Source: Cyanophora paradoxa CCMP329 (taxonomy: Eukaryota > Plantae > Glaucophyta). Taken from it: DNA of 64,000 bases. The position numbers were made by a program, and so were the translations under genes. The stretch is from NCBI GenBank assembly GCA_004431415.1, contig QPMI01000005.1, forward strand, positions 310,001 to 374,000. The letters are read 5' to 3'. Below are positions 36,924-48,620 of the stretch, piece by piece. The notes below the pieces were generated by a model. The model was not told where the DNA came from and made no database searches. It saw only the letters and a program-made list of their open reading frames with translations. Positions within the stretch are counted from its first letter, which is position 1. The number at the start of each line of letters is the position of its first letter.

Positions 36924-39900
36924 ATGGTCTTCTTCTGGCGCCGCTCGGCACCTGGCGTGATCAAGTCGCGCTACAAGGATGTGGAGATCCCGAGCGTGAC
37001 GCTCACAGAGTTCGTTCTCTCCGCAGTCGAGAGCCAGAAGGCGGACAAGCCCTGTTTGATAGACGGCCCGAGTACGCGACCCGCCGCCCTCGCCTGCGGC
37101 ACGACTGAGCAGCCGACCGCTTCTGCGCAGCGGGGCGCACCTACACGTACGGCCAGGCACGCACGCGCGCGGCGGCAGCACGCTTGCCGCGTCCGTCGCT
37201 AACCGGCCGCGCGCGGGGCAGGTGCGGGTGCTGGTGAAGCGCGTCGCGAGCGGGCTCCGCCGGGCGGGCGTGTCGAAGGGCGGTGCGCGAGCGAGAGCGC
37301 CCCGTCGCCCGCCCCCGCGAGCGCGAGCCGCCCGCCCCGCCACAGACGTCGTGGCGATCCACTGCGCGAACGTGCCCGAGTTTGTCATCCTGTTCCACGC
37401 CGTCGCGGCTATCGGCGCCATCAACACGACGATCAACCCGGCGTACACGGTGCGACCCAAGAGCCGCGGCCGGCTCCCGCGGTTCGAAGCACTGCTGGCT
37501 CGGCTGAGCTAAAGCAGCCGTCCGAGCTGAAGCACCAGCTGAAGGACAGCGGCGCTACGATCCTCTTCACCATGGTACCCCTGCTGGGTGCGAGGAGGAG
37601 CCCGCCCGCCGCCCGCCGCTTCGCCCTCCCTGCCGCGTCCGAATCCCCACCGGTGCCGGCCGCGCGCAGAGGTCGCGGCTAAGGGCATGGAGGGCAGCCG
37701 CGTCGAGCGCGTGTACGCCCTGGGGCTCACGCAGGTCCCCGCCAACCCGTCCCTCCCTGATCCGAACCCGCGCCGCTGCGCCCGAATCAACCCGTACCCC
37801 CCGCGCGCCCCGCAGGAGACCGCCGGCGTTCTTCCCTTCGCGGCGCTGATGCGCGACGACGGCTCCGCCTTCGAATTCGGCTCCGTCCAGATCGATCCGC
37901 AGGTCCGTACCCCCCTCCGCCCGTAACGAAACGGAAGCGCCGTACCCCCCCCCCTCGAGCCCGACCGGGGTACCCCTCCCAGGAGGACCTGGTGGCGCTT
38001 CCGTACAGCAGCGGAACGACGGGCGTCGCGAAGGGCGTGGCCCTCACGCACCGCAACCTCGTCGCCAACCTATGCCAGGCGAGTACCCCCCGCCGCTTCC
38101 CCCCCCCCCGAAATCCTGACTTTGTGGAATCGAACCCCCCGCAGCTCAAGAGCCCGGAGGTGCAGGTGCTCCACGACACGGACGTCGTCCTGGGCCTCCT
38201 CCCCTTCTTCCACATCTACGGCCTCAACGTCCGCCCTTGGAGCGAATCTGTCTGAAAGCTCCCGCCCGGATTCGAACCCGGCCGGCCTCAGGTGATCATG
38301 AATGGGGGGCTCGTCTCGGGCTGCACGATTGTCACGCTCCCCAAGTTCGAGCCGGCGGAGTTCCTGGGCACCCTCGAGAAGTACCAGGCCAGTACCCCCC
38401 TCCAAAGCCATCGATTTAAACCGTCGCGTCCTCGAATCGCGTACCCCCGAAGGTCACGATGGCGTTCCTGGTTCCCCCGCTCATCCTCTTTCTGGCGAAG
38501 CACCCGATCGGTGCCCGTCCCCCACCCCTGATCCCTCGCGGTACCCCCTCCTCACCTTCGTGCTCCAGTGGCGAAGTACAAGCTGGGCAAGCTGAAGCTC
38601 ATCATGTCCGGGGCGGCGCCCCTGGGCCCCGAGCTTTGCCAGGCCGTGTCCCGCCGCCTGAAATGCAAGGCCGTCCAGGCACGCTCCCTGTACCCCGCCT
38701 TCACCCCCTTCGGTGAATCTGAGGCCGGGAGCAGGGGTACGGCATGACGGAGATGTCGCCCGTGAGCCATGCGCAGCACCCCGACGACAACGACTCGACG
38801 GGATCCGTGCGGCTGTACCCCCCTCAGCGCCGTGCGGGCGGCCCGCCGAGACGGGTACCGGCCCTTCCCCCCGCAGGTCGGGTTCCTCGTTCCGAACACG
38901 GTCGCGAAGGCGAATTGTACCCCCGGATCCTTCGCCTTCGCCCGTACCCCGATTGCCCTGACCCGAGCGCCGCGTACCCCCCGTAGCTCGTGGACGTCGA
39001 GACGGGCAAGCCCGTGGGGCCGAAGCAGCGGGGAGAGCTCTGGGTGAAGGGACCCCAGGTACCCCCCGTTCGAGCCGAGTACCCCCGGACTCCCTACATA
39101 CCCCTCTTCAGGTCATGAAGGGGTACTGGAACAAGGACGAGGCCACGCGGGAGACAATCGACGCGGACGGATTCGTGCGCGGCGTACCCCCTCTCCTCGG
39201 CTGTGCACCCCTTATTTTCAATCCCTCTACCCCAGATCCACACGGGAGACGTCGCCGTGTACGACGAGAAGGGGCGCTTCACGATCGTCGACCGCGTCAA
39301 GGTGGGCCCGTACCCCTCCATATCGAGTACCCCCGCCGATCTTCCCCTCTCCCCCCGCAGGAGCTGATCAAGTACAAGGGCTTCCAAGTACCCCCCGCCG
39401 AGCTGGAGGCCCTCCTGGCGAGTCCACCCCCCCCCCCTTCCGAACGTGTACCCCGTCCTGAAGCAAAGGCGGCCCCGCCCCGCGGCGGGGTACAGGTGTC
39501 GAACGCGGCGGTGGCGGACGCGGCGGTGGTGCCGGTGCCCGACGAGGAGGCGGGGGAGGTCCCCAAGGCCTTCGTCGTCCGCGCCGACCCGAACCTCACC
39601 GAGAAGGCACGCCCGCCCGCCCGCCGCCCCCCTCCTGTAATCTAGATCACTAGTTGGATGAGAGCGTCCTCTATCTCTCTTTAGAGCTCTCAGAAGGCAC
39701 GCGCGCGCGCCCTCGAACTAGACCATGGGTTGGATTAGAGCTCGAGCGGTCCATGTCTCACTTGAGATGTCTCCACCCTCATCGACGTTGCCCTAACCCT
39801 CTTCCCGCGATCTGTTGCCGTCTTCTGAACCCCTCGCCCATCCCCCACCCCCGCAGGCGCTGGACGCGTGGGTCTCGAAGCGCGTGGCGCCGCACAAGCG

Positions 39901-40000
39901 GCTCCGTGGCGGGATCGTCTTCGTGGCCGCCATCCCTAAGTCCGCCGCGGGGAAGATCCTCCGCCGCCAGCTTAAGGACCTCCAGCCCGCCCGGCTCTAG
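36924..40000 (+). CDS. 4-coumarate-CoA-ligase-like acyl-CoA synthetase, peroxisomal (PTS1 ARL); 20 exons
   Basis: [70 protein letters not shown]; ends QPARL*. Confidence 0.92.
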
Positions 40001-40062
40001 GGCGCTGTAAGCTTCTTTATATGTGATTATATTTAGAGGAGACGATAGCCTGGCTACAAGGG

Positions 40063-41150
40063 TCAGAGGAGGCCGGGGAGGATGGCGGCGCGGTTTTTGG
40101 GGTACCCCTCGACCTTGGCAAGGTACCAGGCGTGCGTCTGGCGGGCCGTGTGGCCCAGGTTGATGGAGACGAAGGCTAGGCAGGAGTGGAGGCAGGGCCG
40201 GGGCAGCGCCAGGCATAGGGCCGCGTAGATGAGGACCTCGGCCGCGTAGTGGGGGCACGAGAGAAACTCGAACCAGTCGCCCCGGGGTACGGCGTACCGC
40301 GCGGCGGTGCCGGGCCTGGGCGCGCCGCCGGGCCGAAGGCCGGCTAGGATTCGGTGGGCGCGGCTCTGCTTTAAAGAGGCGTACGAAAAGAGGAGGACGG
40401 AGAGGGCGAGCCGGGCGAGGAGGGGGTACGGGAGGGCGGCGGGGGAGGGGGCGGGGAGGGCCCGGAAGCCCCAGGCGCCGACCCACTCGGCGGGGGGTGA
40501 GAGGGGTACGAAAACATAGAAGCCGACGGCTGCGAGGGGTATGAGGAGCGCCGCGGTGCGAGCGGCGCGAACGAAGCGGACCGGCGGCGAACTTCACGAT
40601 CCCCATGCGGCGGGGCGTGTACACGTGGACGAATAGGCTCTCGTAGAGTCGGCGAAGTACCTGGGCCTGCGCGCTCGGCTCAGCGTCGCGGGCGGGGGGC
40701 GTGGCACGGGCGGGCGGGCGGCGCGCCAGGATCAGGAGCTCGCAGACGAGTACCTGCGCCGCGAGCTCCGCTGTGCCGTCGCCGGCGCGCTGCAAAACGC
40801 GATCGGCGGTCTCCCGAGCGCTCAAAGGCGCGCACCTCTCGTGGACCGGCCGGGAGGAGAGCGAGGGCCGCGAGCGCAGCCATGCTGCAGCCGGAGCCCG
40901 CGATGTACATCAGAATCCAGCCGGCTCTGTAGCTGATGCGTATCCAGGCAAGGGGACCGCTTGGCCGCTCCTCAGCGAAGCTCCCGACAACGACGCCCGA
41001 CCCGGCCTTGCGCGCGTCCGAAGGCCGGGGCGCGGTCTCCGTGATGCGGTTCCATGCTGGAGAGACCGCTTTGGCCGCGTAGAGAGCGATCGCGGTGGCC
41101 CAGAAAGCCTGCACCGCCCAGGGCGCCCAGGCGGGGTCGACCTCGACCAT
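40063..41150 (-). CDS. Polyprenol reductase (SRD5A3/DFG10 family)
   Basis: QVLRRLYESLFVH, GDWFEFLSCPHYAAEVLIY, NLGHTARQTHAWY...YPKNRRAILPGLL*. Confidence 0.85.
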
Positions 41151-41281
41151 CAATTGTACCCGGGGAAGCTTAAGACGAGCGCCCGCGGCGCGCGTGAGCT
41201 ACAGCCTCCCGGCATTCCGAACCTGAGCGGGCGGCATCAGAGCGCGTCGGGCACACGCGGGCGAGCTCGAGCGGCGGCGCC

Positions 41282-41851
41282 ATGTCGGGCGATTTGGAGG
41301 CGGACGCGGCGGCGGCGAAGCAGCGCATGCAGAAGCTGCAGGCAGAGTGCGCGAGCGACGGCGTCGGCTGGACGTTCAGCCTCGCGTTCCTCGGGATCTC
41401 GACGCCGATCTGCCTGCTGAAGAGTCCGTGCCGCCGCGCGCCGCGTCCGCATGGCCCTGCTCGCCTCACTGCACCGCACAGAGACCAAGCTGCCGCTGCT
41501 CGCCGCAGCCGTGCGCCCGCGCTGCGCATCCTAAGACCGCCGGCAGCTGATGAAGCTGACGCGCGGCGCCGGCGGCGGCAGGTCACCGGGCCGCTGATGG
41601 ACTACGCGGTGCGATGGGAAGAGTGCGGCGAGCTTGTCAAGAGGGTTCGCCCCCTTCGCGCCGCCCCCCTCCGCCCCTCACCGCTTACTTTACCGTCGCC
41701 GCCTCGGCCGGGCGCCCCCGATCGATGCCAGGGCCTCTACACGCCGAAGCCGCCCGCCAAGTCCGATCGGGACATCATCCAGGAGCACCTCGCGCGTCAC
41801 AAGGAGGAGAAGGAGAGGCGGGAGCGCGGGGCGGGGGGGCCGAGTTCTTAG
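41282..41851 (+). CDS. Small hypothetical membrane protein (Cys - hydrophobic hairpin - Cys, charged tail); 4 exons
   Basis: Splices cleanly to ...AECASDGVGWTFSLAFLGISTPICLLKKTKLPLLAAAVTGPLMDYAVRWEECGELVKRGLYTPK...; family not recognised. Confidence 0.6.
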   Translation: MSGDLEADAAAAKQRMQKLQAECASDGVGWTFSLAFLGISTPICLLKSPCRRAPRPHGPARLTAPHRDQAAAARRSRAPALRILRPPAADEADARRRRRQVTGPLMDYAVRWEECGELVKRVRPLRAAPLRPSPLTLPSPPRPGAPDRCQGLYTPKPPAKSDRDIIQEHLARHKEEKERRERGAGGPSS

Positions 41852-42076
41852 TCTCTGCAGCTGTCTCATCCAAGCTCCCGCGGCGACCCCGCAGCTGCAG
41901 CCCACGTTCAGGATTCGCAAAGCTCTCATAGCATAGCATTATACTCTTTTATCTGATCTGAATACGTTACTCGCAGTCTATACAGAGAAAAAGCAGCCTG
42001 CCCGGGCCGCCGGGGCCGAGGCCGGACGAGGGAAAAAGCTGGAAAAAGCGGCGACAACGTTCGCGAACGTCTTGAA

Positions 42077-43541
42077 TCACCACGCCTTCAGGTAGCGGTA
42101 GTACGAGCCCGCGTACGTAGCGGGCCCCACCTCCCGCCCGCCCCGCGTTTTCTGCGGGGGGGGCTGCGTGGGTACAAGACGGCAGCAAAGAACGGGGTGC
42201 CGCACCTTCTGCGGGGGGTCGAACCGCTTGACGGTGCTGCGGAAAACGCTGGAGTAGCGCTGCGGGGAGCGCTCGACGGTCCTTGCCAGGGTTGCCTTCA
42301 CCAGCGAGCTCTCGGGCTGTAGGGGGGTATGGGGTATCGGAATGCGGAAACGGGGATAGAGGGGTACCACGGACCGCGAAGTCGCGAACATCGAGTGGGC
42401 GCTCCTTGCTGCGCCTCGTACCCTGCTGCTCGGCGCTCTAAAGAGGGGAGTACTCGCGTGAGGTCGGGGCAGGGGTGCACGTGCAGAGAAGGCTAGGGGG
42501 TCGGACCTCGTCTGGAAAAAACTTCTTGCTCGTGAACCGGGGCGCCCGCGCTGACCGCGGCGTGAGCGGGGTACGCGAAGCGGTGGGGGAGGGGGGGGGG
42601 GGCTGAGGTAAGCGCACGCATCGCGCTGCCCTTCTGCAGCCACTGCGAGGCCTCCTTGTCCGGGTCGTAGTACCCCAAATCGTGCCCGGACGGGGAGACG
42701 GTCTGCGAGGGGGATAGAAAGTCAGGGACCGTGAGGAGGGTACACGAAATGAGCGGACGGGCCTTCTCCCAGGCAGGCTTCTGGAAGCGGGCCCCGCAGG
42801 AGGCGAAGCTGCTTAGGGGCCGCGTGGGATCCGCCAGCGTGATCGCCCTCCTAGGATGGCGTCGGCGCGGCCGCGGCGGCGCCCCCGACGAGAGGCAGAG
42901 GGGGTACCGGTACTGCTCGACGCGGTAGGTCCCCGGGGCGATGTGGTCGGGTACCCATTCGCCGGGGGCAGCGTGCCTCGAGAACCGCGGGCTCTGACTG
43001 TAGAAGACGCTGCGCGAGGGGGAAACTTCTCAGCGCCCGTCCCCGCACGCCCGGCGCCCCCGCCCTCCCCGGCCCCGGCCCCGAGCCCCCCGCGCGCCTG
43101 TTGCACGAGTGCCGGATGGGGTCCCACTCGACCTCTCTGGCGATCGCCGGGTACTTGGACGCGATGGGCGAGTCCTCGTACATCTCATCGGCCCCGTCCC
43201 CGACCGGCGAGCCGGAGAAGCGGCCTGTGGCCGAGAAGAAGACCTGCGCATGCGGAGGCGCGCGAGGCTCGGGACGGGGCGGCAGAGCAGGAGGCGGAAC
43301 GACGGCGCACCGGCTTCTGAGTCTTGGTTATCTTCTCCCGCCGCCGCGGAGCCAGCGCCGCCGCTTGGCTGCAGGGCGGTCCGGTCAGCAGGGAGCTGCT
43401 TGGGCGGGGAGGTGGTAGGGCGTACCAGGCGCGGCAGTTGTTTGCGTGCCACAACCCTCGAGGGGTCTTGGGCAAAGAGCCGCTGGCATCGAAGTCCGAG
43501 TGGCCACCCTCGTGCAGGTCCTCATCGTGCGACGACTGCAT
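42077..43541 (-). CDS. Hypothetical protein with PG-rich, SHIPPO-like repeats (possible ciliary microtubule-binding protein)
   Basis: Exons contain IAPGTY, DLGYYDP, VGPATY motifs with SxFxSxxxRF-type segments (SSVFRSTVKRF); exon boundaries only partly resolved. Confidence 0.5.
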
Positions 43542-44139
43542 GAAGAGAAGCCGTCCCCGCGGGGCCCCCGTCCACGGCGGGCGGTACGAAGCTACGCTCG
43601 GCTAGCTCCCGCGCGACAGCCTGCGGCCACAGCCGGATCGAACGGTGGTTGCGGGTGCGTGCTCGGCGAAGCGTGAGGCACAAGAAGCTGGTCTGCCACA
43701 GACGGACTCAGATGCAAAAGAGCTCTCGGATTCCTTCCTAAAGAAGGCGCGCTGCTGCCGTGCCAGCTGCGTCGACTTCCAGTTCGCGTACCCAGCAACC
43801 ATCGCGAAAACTTTGACGAAAGATGTCACGACTTCCGAACGCCCCTACGCGGCACGCGCATAACTGCAGGCTAGGCTTGCGAGGGATCGAGCAGCATCGG
43901 CACGCGACGGCATGCGCACGGCGTCCTCGCGCAAACAGCACGCGCACGACCGCAGCCCGCAGCCCCGAGACGGTTCTTCGAGCGGTAGAAGCAGCGCTCT
44001 CGGACTCGGGAGTTCCAGCGCCCTCTGACATCCGGCCGTCAGCTGCAGCGCTCTCTAGAACTAGATCTGCAGCGGGCATGCGCACTGGTACCTAGGCCTA
44101 TAGACCGGCGCCTGATCTGCAGCTGCAGCTGCTGATGAC

Positions 44140-47100
44140 ATGCCAAACACGTCGGCGATGGCCGCGGCCAGCAGGGTGGTGCCGGTGAACAAGGATGAGA
44201 CGAGAGGCGGCGACGACAGCTCCAAACCCTCGAGCAGTGTAGCTGCAGCTGCAGCATTAAGCCTTCAGCTGCCCGAGGACGCTGAGCATGAAGGCCGGAG
44301 CGCGATTCCGCAGGTGCCTACATGTACATGAACAGCTGCTTGCGCGCGCAGTTGACGTTGCAGCTGCAGCTGCAGCCTGCCATCAGCCCGCGTGCCTGAC
44401 CTCCCCGACCCCCAGAGCAGCGCCAGCGCACCGCGGTCCAAGCTCGGCGCCCGCATATGCATTGCAGGTTCCCACCCCGCAGCTCGTTATTCGACGCACT
44501 GCTGATGGCGGCGCCCGTCAGAGTCGGTGGCGTCGGTGGCGAGCTCGAAGTACGGCATGAAGCGCGCGCAGGACCTGGCGCAGCTGCGCTCGTACGTCGT
44601 CCCCGTCGACTCGGCGCTGAGCGTCCTCGACAAGGACTACAAGACCCTGCAGAACTATGCCGCCCTCGTGCGAGCCTGCCCGCCTGCGAGCCGCGCGACG
44701 ACGGCGGCCGGCCGCGGGCCGCGAGCCGCCGACCGCGCCCCGCCCGCCCGCAGATGACCTATCTGGTTTTCTACGTCATCTACATCCTGGTCCTGTTCAT
44801 GCAGCGTGGTAGGCGCTCGCTGCGCGTGCCTCCGGATCCCCGCGCCGCCTGCGCGCCCTAACGGCAAGCGTGCGCGCTCCCGCAGACACGCAGCAGGCCT
44901 ACAACATACGGAGCGGGATCACGTCCGACCTGGCGAGGACGGGGTACGACTCGGTGCACGACGGCCCGAGCTTCTACGCGTGGGCCAAGGCGGGCCTGCT
45001 GGACTACACCAACCGCGACGGGAACGGTGTGCGGCGCAGAAAACGATGAAATGGCCTCTAGCTTGAAGGCAGCTCACTTTGTTAACATTGTATTTATCGC
45101 GCAGCGTTCATCTCGCGGATGAACAGGATCATCGGGGGCGTCGTCATCTTGAACTACCGCGTGGGGCTGGAGGACTGCGGGGGCCAGCCCCGCTTCAAGC
45201 TCTTCTACCCCGCGTGCACCGCGCACGACGTGGCGGCCTCCAGCATCGACGTCTCCAGCGCGACGGCCGAGCAGCAGGCAAGGCTCGTGCCGCTCGCGCG
45301 CGGCCTGCTCGGCCTCAACGCCAGCGTGCCGGACTCGGACGTCTTCGCCACCTTCTCGTCACTGGTCAACTCCGGAACGTTCCCTCATCCCCTCGGGTGG
45401 GTCGGCGCGCAACCGTTCTTGTCGCCCGCACGCGCTCACGCGCCCGCCCACCCGCCCGCAGGCTGGACTACGACAAGACCTTCGGGGCAAACGGTGCGGC
45501 CGCTGCGCGCTCGAATGCCATCCCGCCGGCGCCTCACGCGCGAGCGCTCGCTCGGCAGTGGTCGCAGTGCTGCCGGAGGTCCACTCCAAGGAGCAGGCCG
45601 AAACCTTCCTCTCCATCGGCGAGGCGCGCTCGCCGCCTCCAGAATCTTGCGCACGCGCCCCTGCAATCGAGCACGGCGTCATTTAAATGCGCACTCGCGA
45701 TCGGCAGGTGATGGGGGCGGTGGGGGGCGCGACGCGCGCCGTGGCGGTGCGGGTGACGACCTACAACGGGCACGCGCGCAGCCTGGCCTTCACGGAGCTG
45801 CTCTTTACGTGCGCGCCGCCCCCGCCCGCCCCGCCCCGGCCCGGCTCGCTTCCGGCCCGGCTCGCTTCTGGGCGCGGCCGACGCCGCTCGCCTCGCGCCG
45901 CGCAGCTTCACGACGGGCGGGCGCGTTAGAACGAAGGTCGCGAGCGAGATCATCCGAGTCGAGGCGCGTCCCGCCCTGCCCCGCCCCGTCAGAGCTTCGG
46001 CCTTGCCGGGCTCTGAAGAGAATGCGCGGGCAGCTGTACAGCCTCACGGCGGACAAGGTCCGGCTGGCTCTGGAGATCTTCGTCTTTGCCTACGTCCTCT
46101 ACTGGCTCGCCCAGTGGGTGCACCGCCGCCAGGCCGGGCCGCCGCCTCGAGCTGGGCTCCGGATCCGGCGGCGATTATAATTAAGCGCCGGCCGGCAGGT
46201 GTACCGCGCGGCGCGGGCGCACAGGCGGCGGCGCCTCGGGGAGGAGTTCAGCAGCCTGGTGGCCCTCGTCGACCTGGTGGACCTGCTCCTGTTCCTCGTC
46301 GTCATCGTCATGTGGATCTCCATCGCGTACAGCATCCAGACGGAGGTCCCCACCCTCAAGTTCGCCGTGCGCCCACCCGCCCGCCCGCGCGTTCGCGCTC
46401 TTCTCTGAATCTGAACTGCTCTGACTTCGAACTGCTCTGTTTTGCGCCCGTGGCAGTACACGTTCGGTGGGGAGTCCTTCGCCGAGGATCTCAACACAGT
46501 CGTCACCCTCTTTAACCTCTCCCGTGCGCCTTATGATCATGACACTAGTACTAGGGCCCAGCCCGAAGCAAGCTCGAGCGGCTGCAGTCCGGCCTGAGAC
46601 CTCGCCCCGCCCCGCCCCGCCCCGCCCCGCGGCAGAGGTCTACGCGTACAGGACGAAGGTCTACTCGCTGCTGACGGCGATCAACCTCTTCCTGGGGATG
46701 ACGCGACTGCTGCGGCTGCTGCACTTCCAGGGGCGCATGTCGATCCTCACGCGGACGCTGGTGCGGGCGGCGAGCGACCTCTCCCACTTCGCCCTCCTCT
46801 TCGCCGTCGTCCTCGTCAGCTACGCCTGCATGGGCCAGGTCCTCTACGGCCACGCTGGTGCGCGCGTGAGCAGTCAGCTGTAGGCAGCTGCAGGCAGGCT
46901 CTCCTTCCCGCCTTCGCATCAATGACGTCGCGCGTGCGGGCGTGCGGGCCGGGGCGCAGTGCAAGACTACAGCGACGCGGGGAGCGCGCTGACGAGCCTT
47001 GCCAAGATCATGGTCTCCGCCCGCGAGGACTACGACCAGTGCGCGGCGCTGCGCGCGCGAGCGCCGCGCGCCGTCGTAGTACTCTTTCCCGACCCGGCGG

Positions 47101-48362
47101 GCGGACCGCCCGGGCGCAGGATCAACGAGATCGACGTGATTAGCACCGTCTTGGTGCGCCCCTCCCCACCCACCGGCCGCGGCCCCGCCTTCTTCGTCTC
47201 CATCTTCTTTTTCTGAGCCGCGCGCGTGCCCCCGGCCCGTCGTCGCCGGCCGGCGCCCGCAGTTCTTCTGGACGTTCGTGATCCTGATCGCCTACATCCT
47301 CGTAAACATGTTCCTCGCCATCATCATCGGTGCCCCCGCGCCTCGAGGTGCCTCGGCGCGAGCGCGAGCGCGGGCCGACACGGGCCGGGCGGGCGGGGCC
47401 CGGTCGTGCAGACACGTACGGGGACGTGCGCGACGAGGCGGCGGCGAGCTCCGAGAGCCTCTTGGCCGAGCTCGTCACGGTCTCCCGCATCCACTTCCGC
47501 GAGGTCGTCGTCCGCTCGGGCCGCCTCCTCTCCGCCGGCCGCTGGCGCCCGCCCGTCATCTCCGACCGCCAGGCCCGCCCGCCCGCCCGCCCGCGCCGCT
47601 TGCCTCTCCTATGCACGCTAACGCTGCTGTAGGTGCGCGCTGTGCTGAAGGAGCTGCGCGCGGGCGCGGAGGACGGGGTCGTCTCCGGCCCCGCCTTCGT
47701 CGAGGCGCTGCGGGCGCGGCACCCGCACCTGGACGACTCGTTCCTGTACTACTGCCTCGAGCGCGTCGGCCGCTCCCTCGACGACGATTCCTTCTGCCCC
47801 GACGAGGTGCGGGGCGGGGCGGGCCGGGCCGGGGCAGGCCTAGGATGCATATGGACATGAGACGGGGCCGGAGCCAGTCTGACGCCGGCGGGCGGGCGTG
47901 CAGCAGTCGGGGGCCGGCTCGCGGCGGGAGTCGCTGGCGCCGAGCGGCGCCGAGTCCTCTTCGGGGGCGGTCGCGATCGCGGAGGGGAAGCCGCCCCCCG
48001 TCCCCCGCTTCGCCTCGGCCTCGACCGCCGGCCGCGTCCGCGCCGGCGCCGCCTCGGGCGCTACCGGCAGCCTCGCGCCACGCAAGAGCGTGCGGAAGCG
48101 TCTCGAGCTCCACGACGCGGTGAAGCAGCTGCAGAACGGCAACCGGGACCCGGCGCAGCTGAGCGCCAAGCAGCGCATCAAGGAGCTCGTCGCCTCCCAG
48201 CGGCTCGCGCAGGAGCGGCTCGCGCGCATGGAGGAGGCCCTTGCGGGGATCGGCGAGGCGCTGGAACGCATCCCGGCCCCCCGCTGGGCCGAGGGCGAGG
48301 GCGAGGGCGAGGGCGAGGGCGGTCGGTCTGGAGCGGCGTGGGCAGCCCCAGGGGCGAGCTAA
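44140..48362 (+). CDS. Polycystin-2 (PKD2/TRPP)-like cation channel
   Basis: S1 YLVFYVIYILVLF, NRIIGGVVI and TRAVAVRVTTYN extracellular-domain motifs, RLLRLLHFQGRMSILTRTLVRAASDL, FFWTFVILIAYILVNMFLAIII|DTY, C-terminal coiled coil; stop TAA 48360-48362. Confidence 0.85.
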
Positions 48363-48620
48363 CTATAAATAGGGCGAGGGCAAGGGCGAGCCCGGGAGCC
48401 CAAGCGGCTGTTTATTATTGGCTTTTCCGTTATGGCTACGTATACTGAGCCTCGGAGCTCGAGTTCTCTTCTTATGTAGCCCTTATGTAGCCCTTATGTA
48501 GCCTGATAGTTTAGCACTAGCTTGATCAGCCCTGAATCATGATCATGAGATTATGAAACATCATGATCATTCGTTTCTCATAACCCTGAAATTTTTGAAA
48601 TGATCCTGATCATGAATTTC

